NCBI GenBank assembly: GCA_043747955.1
Contig: JAYTOF010000159.1
Location: 1 to 63,038 of the forward strand
Source of the DNA: Chitinophagaceae bacterium
Lineage (GTDB): Bacteria; Bacteroidota; Bacteroidia; Chitinophagales; Chitinophagaceae
DNA: 63,038 nt
Reading direction: 5' to 3'
The notes under the pieces were generated by a model. That model saw only the letters and a program-made list of their open reading frames with translations, searched no databases and had not been told where the DNA came from. This document shows, piece by piece, positions 1 through 10,475 of the stretch. The position numbers and the translations under genes are program-made. Each line of letters begins with the position of its first letter. The stretch's first letter is position 1.

Positions 1-557
1 TGATGAAGGTGGTGGATAAAATACTGGATTGGGAAAATGCAGGTAAAGCAAAACTGGTAAGTGTTGGATATTCTTTACGGGCACCGGAATTGCTGTTCCG
101 TAAAATTGAAGATGAAGAAGTAAAGCTACAGGTTGAGAAATTAAAAAATAAAAGTGAAAAATTAAAAATGGAAAATAATACAGACAGTACAAAAACAGTA
201 CATGCAGAACCACAAACTAAAAGCAGTAAACCACAAATTGAATTTGATGATTTTGCAAAAATTGATTTGAAAGTGGGAACCATACTTTTGGCAGAAAAAG
301 TAGAGAAGGCAGATAAATTACTGAAACTGGAAGTTGATCTGGGTTTTGAAAAAAGAACCATAGTCAGTGGTATTGCTTTGCATTTTAAACCGGAAGATAT
401 TATTGGAAAACAGGTTGTTGTTGTTGCAAATCTTGCGCCCCGTAAAATGAGGGGTATTGAAAGCCAGGGAATGATCTTAATGGCAGAAGATAAAGCAGGA
501 AAACTTTATATTGTAAAACCGGATGCTGAAATTGACGAAGGCAGTTCAGTAAACTGA
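1..557 (+). CDS. metG: Methionyl-tRNA synthetase, C-terminal part (5'-truncated by window edge)
   Basis: LLFRKIE end of anticodon-binding domain, linker, then tRNA-binding OB fold (FDDFAKIDLKVG...ADKLL...NLAPRKMRGIESQGM). Confidence 0.93.
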   Translation, partial: MKVVDKILDWENAGKAKLVSVGYSLRAPELLFRKIEDEEVKLQVEKLKNKSEKLKMENNTDSTKTVHAEPQTKSSKPQIEFDDFAKIDLKVGTILLAEKVEKADKLLKLEVDLGFEKRTIVSGIALHFKPEDIIGKQVVVVANLAPRKMRGIESQGMILMAEDKAGKLYIVKPDAEIDEGSSVN

Positions 558-629
558 TAATCCCCCGTCTTTTATCTGTTTATATTTATGCCAGGATAAC
601 CCGTTACATTTTTATAAAAAACTTCGTTC

Positions 630-1712
630 ATGAAAAGTAAAAACATATTGACAGCCTTATTGATTTTGCTGTTTGCAGCACCTGTTTTTGCACAGGATGC
701 TGATATGACTTTGATACCTTACCGCCAGGGTGATCTTTGGGGATATGCAGATCCGGATAAAAAAATAGTTATTAAGCCGGAGTACACCGAAGCCAATTTA
801 TTTTATGAAGGGTTTGCCAGTGTAAAAAAAGGAACAAAATTCGGGTATATCAATAAGGCGGGATTTGTGATCATTCCATTTAGGTTTTATACTGCAGGCC
901 CGTTCCGGTTTGGATATATATCTAAAGCTGCCAAAGCTAAAATAGTGACTGCAGACGATCTTTCAGAAAATCAAAATGTAATTCTTTTTGCAGGCGCATC
1001 GCTTCGAACAGATGGATATGAAATCTGTATAAATACAAAAGGCGAAACGATACCTAAATGTCCTGCTATAAATGAAAACAGCACTCCTGGTTTGAATGAG
1101 GCATCCACAACAACATATAAGACAAATTACAGCACCATAAATAAAACGGATCTATTTGACAGGATCATAAATGATTATAAAATGGCCGGCAGAGAAGATA
1201 GCTATTATATTGCTTTGAGAAATAACAGCCAGGGGGTATTTAATAATAAATTTGAGGTGATAGTGCCTTTTGAGTACGACTCAATAAAAAAAATAAATAT
1301 TGGAGGCCTGGTCTATTTACAGGTTTCTAAAAACGGAATGCATGGAGTACTTTACGGAAATGGATCTCCTTATATTACTGCTGAAAACAGTAATATTCTT
1401 TATGTGAAAGCAAAGAATGAAAAAGATTATTTTATTATTTCTAAAGATGGAAAAGCAAGTATAAAAGATATACAATACAGGAATGTAGTGGAAGCAAATT
1501 ATAGCGGTATTTCATATGATAGTGAAGGGGGGTTTGTATTAGCCGGAAATCAAAACCTGAAAGGTTTTTATTTTTTAAACAACCAGCTCCTGGAACCAAA
1601 ATATACCGATGTGAAACTGGTAAAAGGGGGTAAGTATGTAATCATAACTACATCAACCGGTAAAACAGGATTTGTTAATGAATATGGTGTGGAGTTTTTT
1701 GAAGAAAAATAA
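630..1712 (+). CDS. Secreted WG-repeat-containing protein
   Basis: Signal peptide (..PVFA-Q); LWGY, F.EGFA.V, KFGYIN, KTGFVN repeats typical of WG repeats. Confidence 0.7.
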   Translation: MKSKNILTALLILLFAAPVFAQDADMTLIPYRQGDLWGYADPDKKIVIKPEYTEANLFYEGFASVKKGTKFGYINKAGFVIIPFRFYTAGPFRFGYISKAAKAKIVTADDLSENQNVILFAGASLRTDGYEICINTKGETIPKCPAINENSTPGLNEASTTTYKTNYSTINKTDLFDRIINDYKMAGREDSYYIALRNNSQGVFNNKFEVIVPFEYDSIKKINIGGLVYLQVSKNGMHGVLYGNGSPYITAENSNILYVKAKNEKDYFIISKDGKASIKDIQYRNVVEANYSGISYDSEGGFVLAGNQNLKGFYFLNNQLLEPKYTDVKLVKGGKYVIITTSTGKTGFVNEYGVEFFEEK

Positions 1713-1713
1713 C

Positions 1714-3651
1714 TTATTTAAAGGCGGCATGGTTATACTGCATAGTTGCTTTTTGTAAAAAGGCTTTTATTTTTAAGCTTAGATCGGTAAGCGCCTTTTG
1801 GGCTGAATGATCTGTTATCAGGTTATTTTTTAATGCCACATCTGTTTTATAATGATATAAAAATTCAGCTTTATCAGTATGGGCGTTAAACCCCAGTATC
1901 CAGGCACTGTCAATAACATGATATAAACCGGCATCGGCCCTGGAAAAGACTGCCTCATGGTTAGTAGTACTGTCCAGCAAGCTGTTACCATAGGTGATGA
2001 TACTGTCTTTATATCCGGCAATGTCTAATAGGGTGGGCAGGATATCAAATTGGCTGGCCAGTTTATGATTAATGCTGCCCTGGCTGATTGCAGGGTCATA
2101 AATGATCACCGGAATCCGGTACCCGGTTATAGCATTAAAGACAATAAGGTTATCATCCGGTACCAGCCAGTGATCCGAACAAAAAATAAATACTGTTTCC
2201 TTAAACCAGGGTTCATTTTTTGAGGCTTCAAAAAATTGAAGTAAGCAGTTATCATAATAACGCATACTTTTCATAGGGGCTGTATAGTTTTCCGGAAGTT
2301 TTTCAGAAAATGATGCTGGAATATCATAAGGGTAGTGTGTAGAGATATTGTAATTGATAGCAAAAAATGGTTGCCGGATAGTATTGATTTTCTGGTGAAA
2401 AAAATTTAAAACATATTCATCCTGAAGCCCCATACTGTGGGCCGGTAGCTTTTTATAGCCGGGGATGTCTTCTTTGCTGTAATAGTTATCTATTCCTAAC
2501 CAGTTCATGCATTTTGCAAAACCAAAATTATCATAGTCGTCACCGATACAAAATAAGGACTGGTAATTGTATTTTTTAAGGACGGTGCCAACCCGGGAAA
2601 GAGGCATATTTATAAAGGGAGAATGATAAACCGGTATATCAGTAATGGTAGGAACAGAAGTCAATATTGCCGTGATACCTTTATTAGACTGATGTGAATA
2701 AGAAAAAGCATTGTTGTAAAATATACTTTTCTGTAATAAGGAATCAAAAAAAGGCATAGCCACTTTATAGGCTCCGGCAGCATCAAAAAAATCATAAGGC
2801 ACACTCTCCATAATAAAAAGTACTATATTTTTTTTGCCGGCTCCGGTACTGGTAGTGTTGATTTTTTTTCTGATGGGGTAAACCGCATCACATATAGCAG
2901 GGCTGAAATAGTCTTTTTGTTTTATAGCAGCCCCGTTTCTGAAAACCGAATATGAAAATGTATGAAAAGAGTTTTGAACAAAGGGCAATTGATTGCTCTT
3001 TATTTCAACCAGGGGATAGGTGGGTACCAGGAATTTTATTGTACTGTTTTTAAACAAAACAAGTAATACGATACCTGAAAGCAGTATCAGGGTAATAAAA
3101 CCGCAATGCCTGCCGTTTATAAAAGACGTAAAAAATTTTTTATGCAGTTTCCAGTTTAAAAAAAGGATGCCCGAAATGGCAGCAGAAAAAGCGAGAATGA
3201 TAAGTATATTGAAATGGAAAAGTTGTTTAAGGGGATGATCCAATACATACAGCAGATCGGCATTTGCCCGTTGAAAATGAAACCGGAAATAAAAAATATC
3301 GGCGAGATTTAATAAAACGGCAAAACTGTTTAATAAAAAAAATGCAGTTATAATAATCCGGCCGGATATTTTGATTGATACAAGCCTGTTTACATGCAAA
3401 AGAAATAGTAAAGCCGTATTGATCAGTAAAATGGTCAGCAAATCATATCCTAAAGACCATTTGCCAAGTTTTATTTTATCTTGGAAAAAAACATTTTCTT
3501 CAGCTTCTGTAAAAAATAAGGAAAAGTTGTAATTATAAAATATTATTTTTGAAATGGAATGTATAATCAGTAAACTTAAGAGTAATAAAATAAAGGGTTT
3601 GTTATTTTGCCAGACAGCTTTGCCGGATAATGGTAAATAGTTAATTTTCAT
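1714..3651 (-). CDS. LTA synthase-family / sulfatase-like membrane phosphotransferase
   Basis: N-terminal multi-TM region followed by KNIVLFIMES, STHYPY, FIFCSDHW and SQFDILPTLL alkaline-phosphatase-superfamily motifs. Confidence 0.8.
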   Translation of the reverse strand: MKINYLPLSGKAVWQNNKPFILLLLSLLIIHSISKIIFYNYNFSLFFTEAEENVFFQDKIKLGKWSLGYDLLTILLINTALLFLLHVNRLVSIKISGRIIITAFFLLNSFAVLLNLADIFYFRFHFQRANADLLYVLDHPLKQLFHFNILIILAFSAAISGILFLNWKLHKKFFTSFINGRHCGFITLILLSGIVLLVLFKNSTIKFLVPTYPLVEIKSNQLPFVQNSFHTFSYSVFRNGAAIKQKDYFSPAICDAVYPIRKKINTTSTGAGKKNIVLFIMESVPYDFFDAAGAYKVAMPFFDSLLQKSIFYNNAFSYSHQSNKGITAILTSVPTITDIPVYHSPFINMPLSRVGTVLKKYNYQSLFCIGDDYDNFGFAKCMNWLGIDNYYSKEDIPGYKKLPAHSMGLQDEYVLNFFHQKINTIRQPFFAINYNISTHYPYDIPASFSEKLPENYTAPMKSMRYYDNCLLQFFEASKNEPWFKETVFIFCSDHWLVPDDNLIVFNAITGYRIPVIIYDPAISQGSINHKLASQFDILPTLLDIAGYKDSIITYGNSLLDSTTNHEAVFSRADAGLYHVIDSAWILGFNAHTDKAEFLYHYKTDVALKNNLITDHSAQKALTDLSLKIKAFLQKATMQYNHAAFK

Positions 3652-3666
3652 AAAACTTAAATATTC

Positions 3667-4461
3667 ATGCAGCTAAAGTGGATTAATCAAAACAAATATA
3701 AGCTAATGGCTTTTATCATTGGCCTGTATGTGTTAGTTGATATTGTACAACACAAGGGTTTGGTATGGATCTTGATACCAAAAAAATATCCCGTCTATAA
3801 AATAGATAACAACCATCCCCGGAATAAAAATAAATTGATCAATAACAATAAAGAATGGGAAAAAGCAATTAATACTAAAGAATTACTGAATGCAGTTAAA
3901 GTGGAGAGTAGCGGAATAGAATGTGATGTTTATTTTGATATACAAAAAAATATATTTGATATACATCACGATCCTGATGAATCCATCGGGTTAACTTTGG
4001 AAAGCCAATTTCAATTATATAAGCAAAGAGAATTACAGGCCAGTATCTGGATTGATCTGAAAAACCTGGATGATTCAAATTGCAGTTCTGCTGTAACAGT
4101 ATTATCTGAATTACGAACTAAATATGACTTAAAGGATAAAGTGTTGGTTGAATCAGTTCGTGCAGATCTGCTTAAAGTATTCAGCGATAGCGGATTTTTT
4201 ACCTCATATTACACACCAATGTTTAATCCATACCGTTTAAGCGATGATGAAATAAAGCATCGGGTGGATAGCCTTTCTTTTATAATTAATATTTCAAATG
4301 TTAATGCCTTGTCAGGGTATTATTTTCAATATCCGTTTCTGCATCATTATTTCCCAAATTATCCCATCTTGACCTGGACAGGTCATGACAAGTTCAGCCT
4401 GGTTAACTATTTCATTCGAAAGAAAATTTCCGGTGCAAAGGAAATTTTTATTCTTTTATAA
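3667..4461 (+). CDS. Hypothetical membrane-anchored protein with GDPD/PLC-like TIM-barrel motifs
   Basis: N-terminal TM; GIECDVYF, IHHD, IWIDLKN, VLVES resemble glycerophosphodiester phosphodiesterase motifs. Confidence 0.5.
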   Translation: MQLKWINQNKYKLMAFIIGLYVLVDIVQHKGLVWILIPKKYPVYKIDNNHPRNKNKLINNNKEWEKAINTKELLNAVKVESSGIECDVYFDIQKNIFDIHHDPDESIGLTLESQFQLYKQRELQASIWIDLKNLDDSNCSSAVTVLSELRTKYDLKDKVLVESVRADLLKVFSDSGFFTSYYTPMFNPYRLSDDEIKHRVDSLSFIINISNVNALSGYYFQYPFLHHYFPNYPILTWTGHDKFSLVNYFIRKKISGAKEIFILL

Positions 4462-4556
4462 CCCTGAACCGGGTTTACGTGTTTTTATTTTCAGCTTAAG
4501 TGAGAAAGTCTTAATTTCGATTTTACAAATAGTTGTTTAACTAACTAATTATAAGC

Positions 4557-6938
4557 ATGTCAAAAAGAATAATTAAAAAAGTAGCCGTTTTAGGCAGTGG
4601 AGTAATGGGCAGCCGTATTGCCTGTCATTTTGCCGGCGTAGGTTTACAGGTCCTATTATTGGATATTCAGCCAAAAGATTTACCGGCCGGTGCAAAGCCT
4701 GCAGAAAGAAATAAAATAGTAAATGAGGCTTTGGCCACAGCAATTAAAAGCAATCCTTCACCTGTTTATACAAAAGATGTAATAAAGAAAATAAAGACCG
4801 GCAATTTCACCGACAATATGAAAGACATTGGCGATTATGATTGGGTGATTGAAGTTGTGGTTGAAAGACTCGATATAAAACAACTGGTTTTTACCGATGT
4901 TGAAAAATACCGCAAGCCGGGCACATTAATTACTTCCAATACATCTGGCATCCCTATTCACATGATGACGGATGGCAGAAGTGATGATTTTAAAAAACAT
5001 TTTTGTGGTACTCACTTTTTTAATCCACCAAGATATTTGCGTTTGCTTGAAATTATTCCTACACCGCATACCGACCCGGAAGTGGTAGATTTCCTGATGC
5101 ATTATGGTGATCTTACATTAGGTAAAACAACCGTGTTGTGTAAAGATACACCTGCTTTTATCGCCAACCGTGTTGGGGTTTTTGGTATGATGGCTATTAT
5201 GAATGCCATGGAAAAACTGCAATTGAATGTTGATGAAATTGATGCATTGACCGGACCGGTTGTTGGCCGCCCAAAATCGGCAACATTCCGTACGGCTGAT
5301 GTGGTGGGCATTGATACTTTGGTGAAAGTAGCTAAAGGTGTTGCAGATAATTGCCCTGATGATGAAGCTAAAGATGTGTTTACCATTCCTGCATGGTTAC
5401 ATAAAATGGTAGAGAATAACTGGCTGGGTGATAAAACTGGCCAGGGGTTTTTTAAGAAAACAAAATCAGCTTCCGGCGAAAAAGAAATTCTTACGCTCAA
5501 TTTAAAAACATTGGAATATGGGCCAAGGCAAAAACCAAAATTCGCAACATTAGAAGCTGCCAAACCTATTGAAGATCTGAAAACAAGAATTAAAGTGCTC
5601 TGTGCCGGAACAGATAAAGCAGGTGATTTCTATCGCCAGTTTCATTACAACCTGTTTGCTTATATTTCTCACCGCATTCCGGAGATCAGTGATGAGCTAT
5701 ATCGTGTTGATGATGGTATGATGGCCGGTTTTGGCTGGGAGATCGGTGCTTTTGAAAGCTGGGATGTATTGGGCGTTTCAAAAACTGCTGAAGCCATGAA
5801 AGTTGCAGGTCATAAAGTAGCGCCCTGGGTTGATGAAATGATCGCTATAGGTGCAACTACATTTTATAAGGTGGAAAATGGAAAGCGGCAGTGTTATGAT
5901 GTAAGCAGCAAATCTTACAAAACTATGCCGGGGGCAGATGCCTTTATTGTGATGAAGAATTTTGAGAACGAAACCGTTTGGAAAAATTCGGCCTGCAGAA
6001 CGTATCATTTGGGTAATGATGTATTAGGACTCGAATGGTATACTAAAATGGGAAGTATTGGAGGTGAAGTATTGGAAGGAGTTCAACGCTCCATTGCATT
6101 GGCAGAAGATAAATATAAAGGCTTGGTAATTGCTAATGAAGGTTCAAACTTTAGTGCAGGTGCGAATGTTGGTATGATATTTATGATGGCCATTGAACAG
6201 GATTATGATGAAATTGATATGGCCATCCGCCAGTTTCAAAATACAATGATGCGGGTGCGGTATTCTGGCATTCCTGTTGTAGTTGCGCCCCACGGGCTTG
6301 CACTGGGTGGTGCCTGCGAAATGAGTTTGCATGCTGATAAAGTTATTGCAGCAGCAGAAACTTATACCGGGTTAGTGGAAGTAGGCATTGGTGTAATACC
6401 GGGTGGTGGTGGTACCAAAGAATTTGTTTTAAGGGCTTCTGATGAAGTGCATAATGGCGAACCCGAAACCATTCCTTTACAAAATCGTTTTTTAACTATT
6501 GCTACCGCAAAAGTAGCCACCTCGGCATATGAAGCGTTTGAAATGGGTATATACAGAAACGGCAGAGATATTGTGAGCATTAACCAGGGCAGAAGAATTG
6601 CTGATGCCAAACAGGCTGTTATAGAAATGTATGATGATGGTTATGTAATGCCGGTACAACGCACTGATATAAAAGTATTAGGCCGTTCTATGTTAGGTGC
6701 CATGCACGCCGGTATTAATGGTATGTGGCGGGGTAATTATGCTACCGGCCATGATGTTACCGTAGCGAAGAAATTAGCTTATGTAATGTGTGGTGGCGAT
6801 TTAAGTGAGCCCACTTTGGTAAGCGAACAATATTTGCTCGACCTGGAAAGAGAAGCATTCCTGAGTTTAACCGGCGAAAAGAAAACGCTGGAAAGAATTC
6901 AGTCTATATTAAAAAGTGGTAAGCCTTTGAGGAATTAA
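4557..6938 (+). CDS. fadN: 3-hydroxyacyl-CoA dehydrogenase / enoyl-CoA hydratase (FadN type)
   Basis: GSGVMG Rossmann motif, SNTSG, HFFNPP; C-terminal crotonase domain (NFSAGAN, ALGGACE, GLVEVGIG). Confidence 0.9.
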   Translation: MSKRIIKKVAVLGSGVMGSRIACHFAGVGLQVLLLDIQPKDLPAGAKPAERNKIVNEALATAIKSNPSPVYTKDVIKKIKTGNFTDNMKDIGDYDWVIEVVVERLDIKQLVFTDVEKYRKPGTLITSNTSGIPIHMMTDGRSDDFKKHFCGTHFFNPPRYLRLLEIIPTPHTDPEVVDFLMHYGDLTLGKTTVLCKDTPAFIANRVGVFGMMAIMNAMEKLQLNVDEIDALTGPVVGRPKSATFRTADVVGIDTLVKVAKGVADNCPDDEAKDVFTIPAWLHKMVENNWLGDKTGQGFFKKTKSASGEKEILTLNLKTLEYGPRQKPKFATLEAAKPIEDLKTRIKVLCAGTDKAGDFYRQFHYNLFAYISHRIPEISDELYRVDDGMMAGFGWEIGAFESWDVLGVSKTAEAMKVAGHKVAPWVDEMIAIGATTFYKVENGKRQCYDVSSKSYKTMPGADAFIVMKNFENETVWKNSACRTYHLGNDVLGLEWYTKMGSIGGEVLEGVQRSIALAEDKYKGLVIANEGSNFSAGANVGMIFMMAIEQDYDEIDMAIRQFQNTMMRVRYSGIPVVVAPHGLALGGACEMSLHADKVIAAAETYTGLVEVGIGVIPGGGGTKEFVLRASDEVHNGEPETIPLQNRFLTIATAKVATSAYEAFEMGIYRNGRDIVSINQGRRIADAKQAVIEMYDDGYVMPVQRTDIKVLGRSMLGAMHAGINGMWRGNYATGHDVTVAKKLAYVMCGGDLSEPTLVSEQYLLDLEREAFLSLTGEKKTLERIQSILKSGKPLRN

Positions 6939-6964
6939 CAGATAAAAATCTACAATTAATTAAA

Positions 6965-7642
6965 ATGGGCGAAGCCGAGCTCCAGCCGAATAATAATTTA
7001 CTTCTCATTCATGCCTTAATTATTTGTTACGGCGATGCAGCCAATAATGATTTGAGCTTTCAAATTGCAAAGGACATTGAAAATTATTGGAATGCTGCTG
7101 ATGGAAAAGTTGAACTCTCAGAAAACTGGTTTTCCAAAAAAACATATCGTGTACTATTTAAAGTAGCGGGCATGTTTGATAAAACACTTACGCCGCAAAA
7201 GGTTTTTGAAAACACCGGTCCCCGCAACAACTATTTCCGCATTGAAGAATTTGCCAGCGGTAATATTTCATTTGTAGACGGCATTAATTCCAATACCGGA
7301 TATTTTAAGCTGGAAAATTTATTGAATAACTCAACAACCGCGGCACACGAATTTGGTCATACCCTTGGTCTCGATCATCCCCATGATCTGGATATAAGGG
7401 GGAAAGGAACACCTGGAATGATGTATCCCAGGGGTACCTGGGTTGATCCGGAGTTTCAATATTATCCGGAAGTTGCTCCGGGCGAAAAAGGCGGTACATT
7501 AAATCCATTTACCCGAAAAGTATTACAAAAAGACATTGATGACCTGAAGCTGGCCAAACTCAAATTCAATGAAAATGGTTTTGCCGCAGTTGGCGGTTTT
7601 ACTTCGGTTTGGCATGAAAAGCATTTACCGGGTATTGATTAA
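6965..7642 (+). CDS. Zinc metallopeptidase (metzincin, M10-like)
   Basis: HEFGHTLGLDH zinc motif (HExxHxxGxxH) followed by Met-turn-like MMYP. Confidence 0.75.
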   Translation: MGEAELQPNNNLLLIHALIICYGDAANNDLSFQIAKDIENYWNAADGKVELSENWFSKKTYRVLFKVAGMFDKTLTPQKVFENTGPRNNYFRIEEFASGNISFVDGINSNTGYFKLENLLNNSTTAAHEFGHTLGLDHPHDLDIRGKGTPGMMYPRGTWVDPEFQYYPEVAPGEKGGTLNPFTRKVLQKDIDDLKLAKLKFNENGFAAVGGFTSVWHEKHLPGID

Positions 7643-7682
7643 TAAAATTCAATTATCTTCATTGCCATTTATATTTTTACCT

Positions 7683-8603
7683 ATGGCAATACTCAGTATT
7701 GATAATCTCACAAAAAATTACAGGGCTATAAAAGCATTGGACAAAGTAAGTTTTTCAGTGCCTGAAAAAACGGTTTTTGGAATCCTGGGCCCCAACGGCA
7801 GTGGTAAAACAACTTTGCTGGGTATCGTAATGGATATTTTAAAAGTTACTGGTGGCAGTTACAAATGGGCAGGAGATCAAACCACTGATGAATTAAGAAA
7901 AAAAATCGGAACATTATTGGAAACTCCCAATTTCTACCATTATTTAAGTGGGGAAGACAATTTAAAAATTGCAGCCAGGATAAAAAGCAGGGGAGAAGCA
8001 GATATTCCCAAAGTACTGCAGATGGTTAACCTGTATGAAAGAAGAAAATCCAAATTCAACAGTTATTCCCTGGGGATGAAACAGCGGCTGGCCATTGCTT
8101 CCACTTTATTAGGCGATCCGGAAATACTTGTTTTTGATGAACCAACCAATGGACTGGATCCTGCGGGTATTGCAGAAATAAGAGAATTGATTAAAGACCT
8201 CAACCGCCAGGGCAAAACCATCATCATGGCCAGCCATATATTAGATGAAGTAGAAAAGGTTTGCACGCATGTGGCCATCATCCAAAAAGGGGTTTTAAAA
8301 ACAGTTGGCTCGGTAAGTGAAGTATTAAACACTTCGGGCACCAGTTTGGTCAACAGTATTTTGATTGAATTAAGTGCTGCTGATAATGCTGCTTTAAAAG
8401 ATTTATTGCAACAGATGCCGGGTTTGGAAAGTATTTCTGAATCTGAAAACGGGATAGAGATCATTTGTCCTTATACTATTACCGCCGAAGAGGTAAACAA
8501 ATTCTGTTTTGAAAAGGGAGTTGTATTAAACAAATTGAATGTAAAAAGAAAATCACTGGAAACCAGGTTTTTAGAAATCACTGGAAAACAAAGTGACCGC
8601 TAA
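7683..8603 (+). CDS. ABC transporter ATP-binding protein (ABC-2 / BcrA-like exporter)
   Basis: GPNGSGKTT, YSLGMKQR, FDEPTNGLD; ATG 7683 (MAILSIDNL) preferred over 7569, which overlaps the upstream gene. Confidence 0.9.
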   Translation: MAILSIDNLTKNYRAIKALDKVSFSVPEKTVFGILGPNGSGKTTLLGIVMDILKVTGGSYKWAGDQTTDELRKKIGTLLETPNFYHYLSGEDNLKIAARIKSRGEADIPKVLQMVNLYERRKSKFNSYSLGMKQRLAIASTLLGDPEILVFDEPTNGLDPAGIAEIRELIKDLNRQGKTIIMASHILDEVEKVCTHVAIIQKGVLKTVGSVSEVLNTSGTSLVNSILIELSAADNAALKDLLQQMPGLESISESENGIEIICPYTITAEEVNKFCFEKGVVLNKLNVKRKSLETRFLEITGKQSDR

Positions 8604-8628
8604 ACTAAAACTTACTTAAAAATATCAT

Positions 8629-9435
8629 ATGTTCAGTCTTTTTAAAATAGAATGGCTTAAAATAAGAACTTACCGTACTTTCTGGGTATTATTTTCAGGC
8701 TTTATCATATTTTTTCCGCTTGCCTTTTATCTCTCTGCAAATAAGTATATGGAGACAATGTCAAACTCTAAAAGTATTGAAGAAAATTTATTAAAAGCCC
8801 TACTGGATGCTCCTTTTGTTTTTCCAAAAGTATGGATGGCAGCCAGTTGGATGGGTGGGTTATTCTTTGTAATGATAGGGATGTTATTCATCTTGCTGAT
8901 CACCAATGAAGTTCAATACCGCACACACCGCCAGAACATCATAGATGGCTGGAGCCGGATGGATTTTTTAAAAGCCAAATTTTCGTTACTGATATTTTTC
9001 ACTGCTGTAAGCACATTCCTGGTATTCATTATGGGATTAGTTGTAGGTAGTGTTTTTTCTCCTTCAACTTCAAATATTTTTCAGGGGATTCATTATGTAG
9101 GTTATTTTGCTTTAATGGCAACCTTATATTTAATGCTTGCTTTTTTAATTGCCATTTTAATAAAACGCACCGGGTTATCAATCATTATCTACTTTGCAAT
9201 TGTATGTATTGTAGATAATGTGTTATGGCTGATATTTACACTAAAAGAAAGCCAGATCGGGTATTTCATGCCCCTGGAAGCAGTTGATTCTTTAGTACCC
9301 AATCCATTTAAACCAAAAATGATGGAAAAAAGAACTGTGGCGGATTATAGTTTGATAATAGCTGCAGTAGCATATATAGCAGCATATGTGTACATCATCA
9401 TCAGTTATTTCCGTAAAACAGATCTTAAAACCTGA
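8629..9435 (+). CDS. ABC-2 transporter permease
   Basis: KIEWLK N-terminus, about 6 TM helices, ends FRKTDLK; directly follows ATPase. Confidence 0.85.
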   Translation: MFSLFKIEWLKIRTYRTFWVLFSGFIIFFPLAFYLSANKYMETMSNSKSIEENLLKALLDAPFVFPKVWMAASWMGGLFFVMIGMLFILLITNEVQYRTHRQNIIDGWSRMDFLKAKFSLLIFFTAVSTFLVFIMGLVVGSVFSPSTSNIFQGIHYVGYFALMATLYLMLAFLIAILIKRTGLSIIIYFAIVCIVDNVLWLIFTLKESQIGYFMPLEAVDSLVPNPFKPKMMEKRTVADYSLIIAAVAYIAAYVYIIISYFRKTDLKT

Positions 9436-10362
9436 TCATTTATTTTTTGTAAGATCTGTCAAAGCGGTATCTATATTTTTAAAATTAAAGGTAAAGCCTG
9501 CATCTGTAATTTTTTGACAGCTTACCGTAGCGCTTTTTAAAACTTCAATACTTCTTTGTCCCATCATCAATTTTAATAGGAATGCCGGAACATAAACTGG
9601 GATATAAAAATTGCCATTCATTTTTTTTGCCAGCATAACCGTTAATATTTTATTGGTTACGGGTTGGGGTGCTACTGCATTATAACTGCCCTGTAAATTT
9701 TCATTTTCAATTGCATAAATAAATAAACGGCATAGGTCTTCAATATGTATCCAGCTTACCATTTGTTTTCCATTTCCTAAAATTGCAGCCAGTCCAAACC
9801 GGATGGATTTTTTAAATTCCGGTAATGCCCCACCTTCATTACTGAGCACAATACCTATTCGGAGCTTTACAAGTCTTTTATCCAGTTTCACAACGGGTTC
9901 AATGCTTTCCTCCCAAAGTTTACAGGTTTTGCCTAAAAAACCATGATCGGATGACGCTGTTTCTGTAAATGGTTTTCCGGTATCCGTATCTGCACCATAC
10001 CAGCCCATTGCACTGGCACTAACAATAACCTTTACTTTGTTTTCATTATTTTTTAAAGCTTCAAGAATTAGATGGCTGCTTTGGATTCGGCTGTCAACTA
10101 TTTCTTTTTTATAGGCTGCGGTCCATTTTTTATCCACTACACCAGCACCAGCTAAATGAATAATGATATCTGCCTTTTGTATTGCAGTAATGTCAATTTC
10201 CTGTTTTTTTATATCCCACCGGGCATAGCTTATATTTTCAGGCGTGTGTTTTACACTGATATTTCTGGTTAAAATAATTACTTTATACCCTTTTTGCAAC
10301 AGGGCTTTCGTTAGTGATCTGCCTACTAAACCTGTTCCTCCTGTTATTAAAACTGTTTGCAT
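9436..10362 (-). CDS. TIGR01777-family NAD-dependent epimerase/oxidoreductase (YfcH-like)
   Basis: ITGGTGLVG, HLAGAG, LRIGIVLS..GGAL, SWIHIEDL, YNAVAP. Confidence 0.88.
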   Translation of the reverse strand: MQTVLITGGTGLVGRSLTKALLQKGYKVIILTRNISVKHTPENISYARWDIKKQEIDITAIQKADIIIHLAGAGVVDKKWTAAYKKEIVDSRIQSSHLILEALKNNENKVKVIVSASAMGWYGADTDTGKPFTETASSDHGFLGKTCKLWEESIEPVVKLDKRLVKLRIGIVLSNEGGALPEFKKSIRFGLAAILGNGKQMVSWIHIEDLCRLFIYAIENENLQGSYNAVAPQPVTNKILTVMLAKKMNGNFYIPVYVPAFLLKLMMGQRSIEVLKSATVSCQKITDAGFTFNFKNIDTALTDLTKNK

Positions 10363-10475
10363 CCTGTAAAAAAGTTAAATCTGTTATGTAATAACAAATA
10401 TCTGTACATCTTGTTTAATGTAATGTACAGTCATTTAATTTTAAGTCGTAATTTTACTATCAAAGATTTATCTGC

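Noticed and set aside
5102-6610. Several 60-180 aa antisense ORFs inside fadN, and similarly inside dsbD, uvrA, wza, the FG-GAP genes and the GH genes
   Set aside because: They are shadow ORFs opposite well-supported genes, with no recognisable motifs or initiation signals.
7569-7682. N-terminal extension of the ABC ATPase in the ORF track
   Set aside because: It overlaps the peptidase gene; the ABC domain starts naturally at ATG 7683.
9433-9438. Abutting convergent stop codons (TGA|TCA), also near-abutting at 1712/1714
   Set aside because: This is common in compact genomes and no additional structure is seen.
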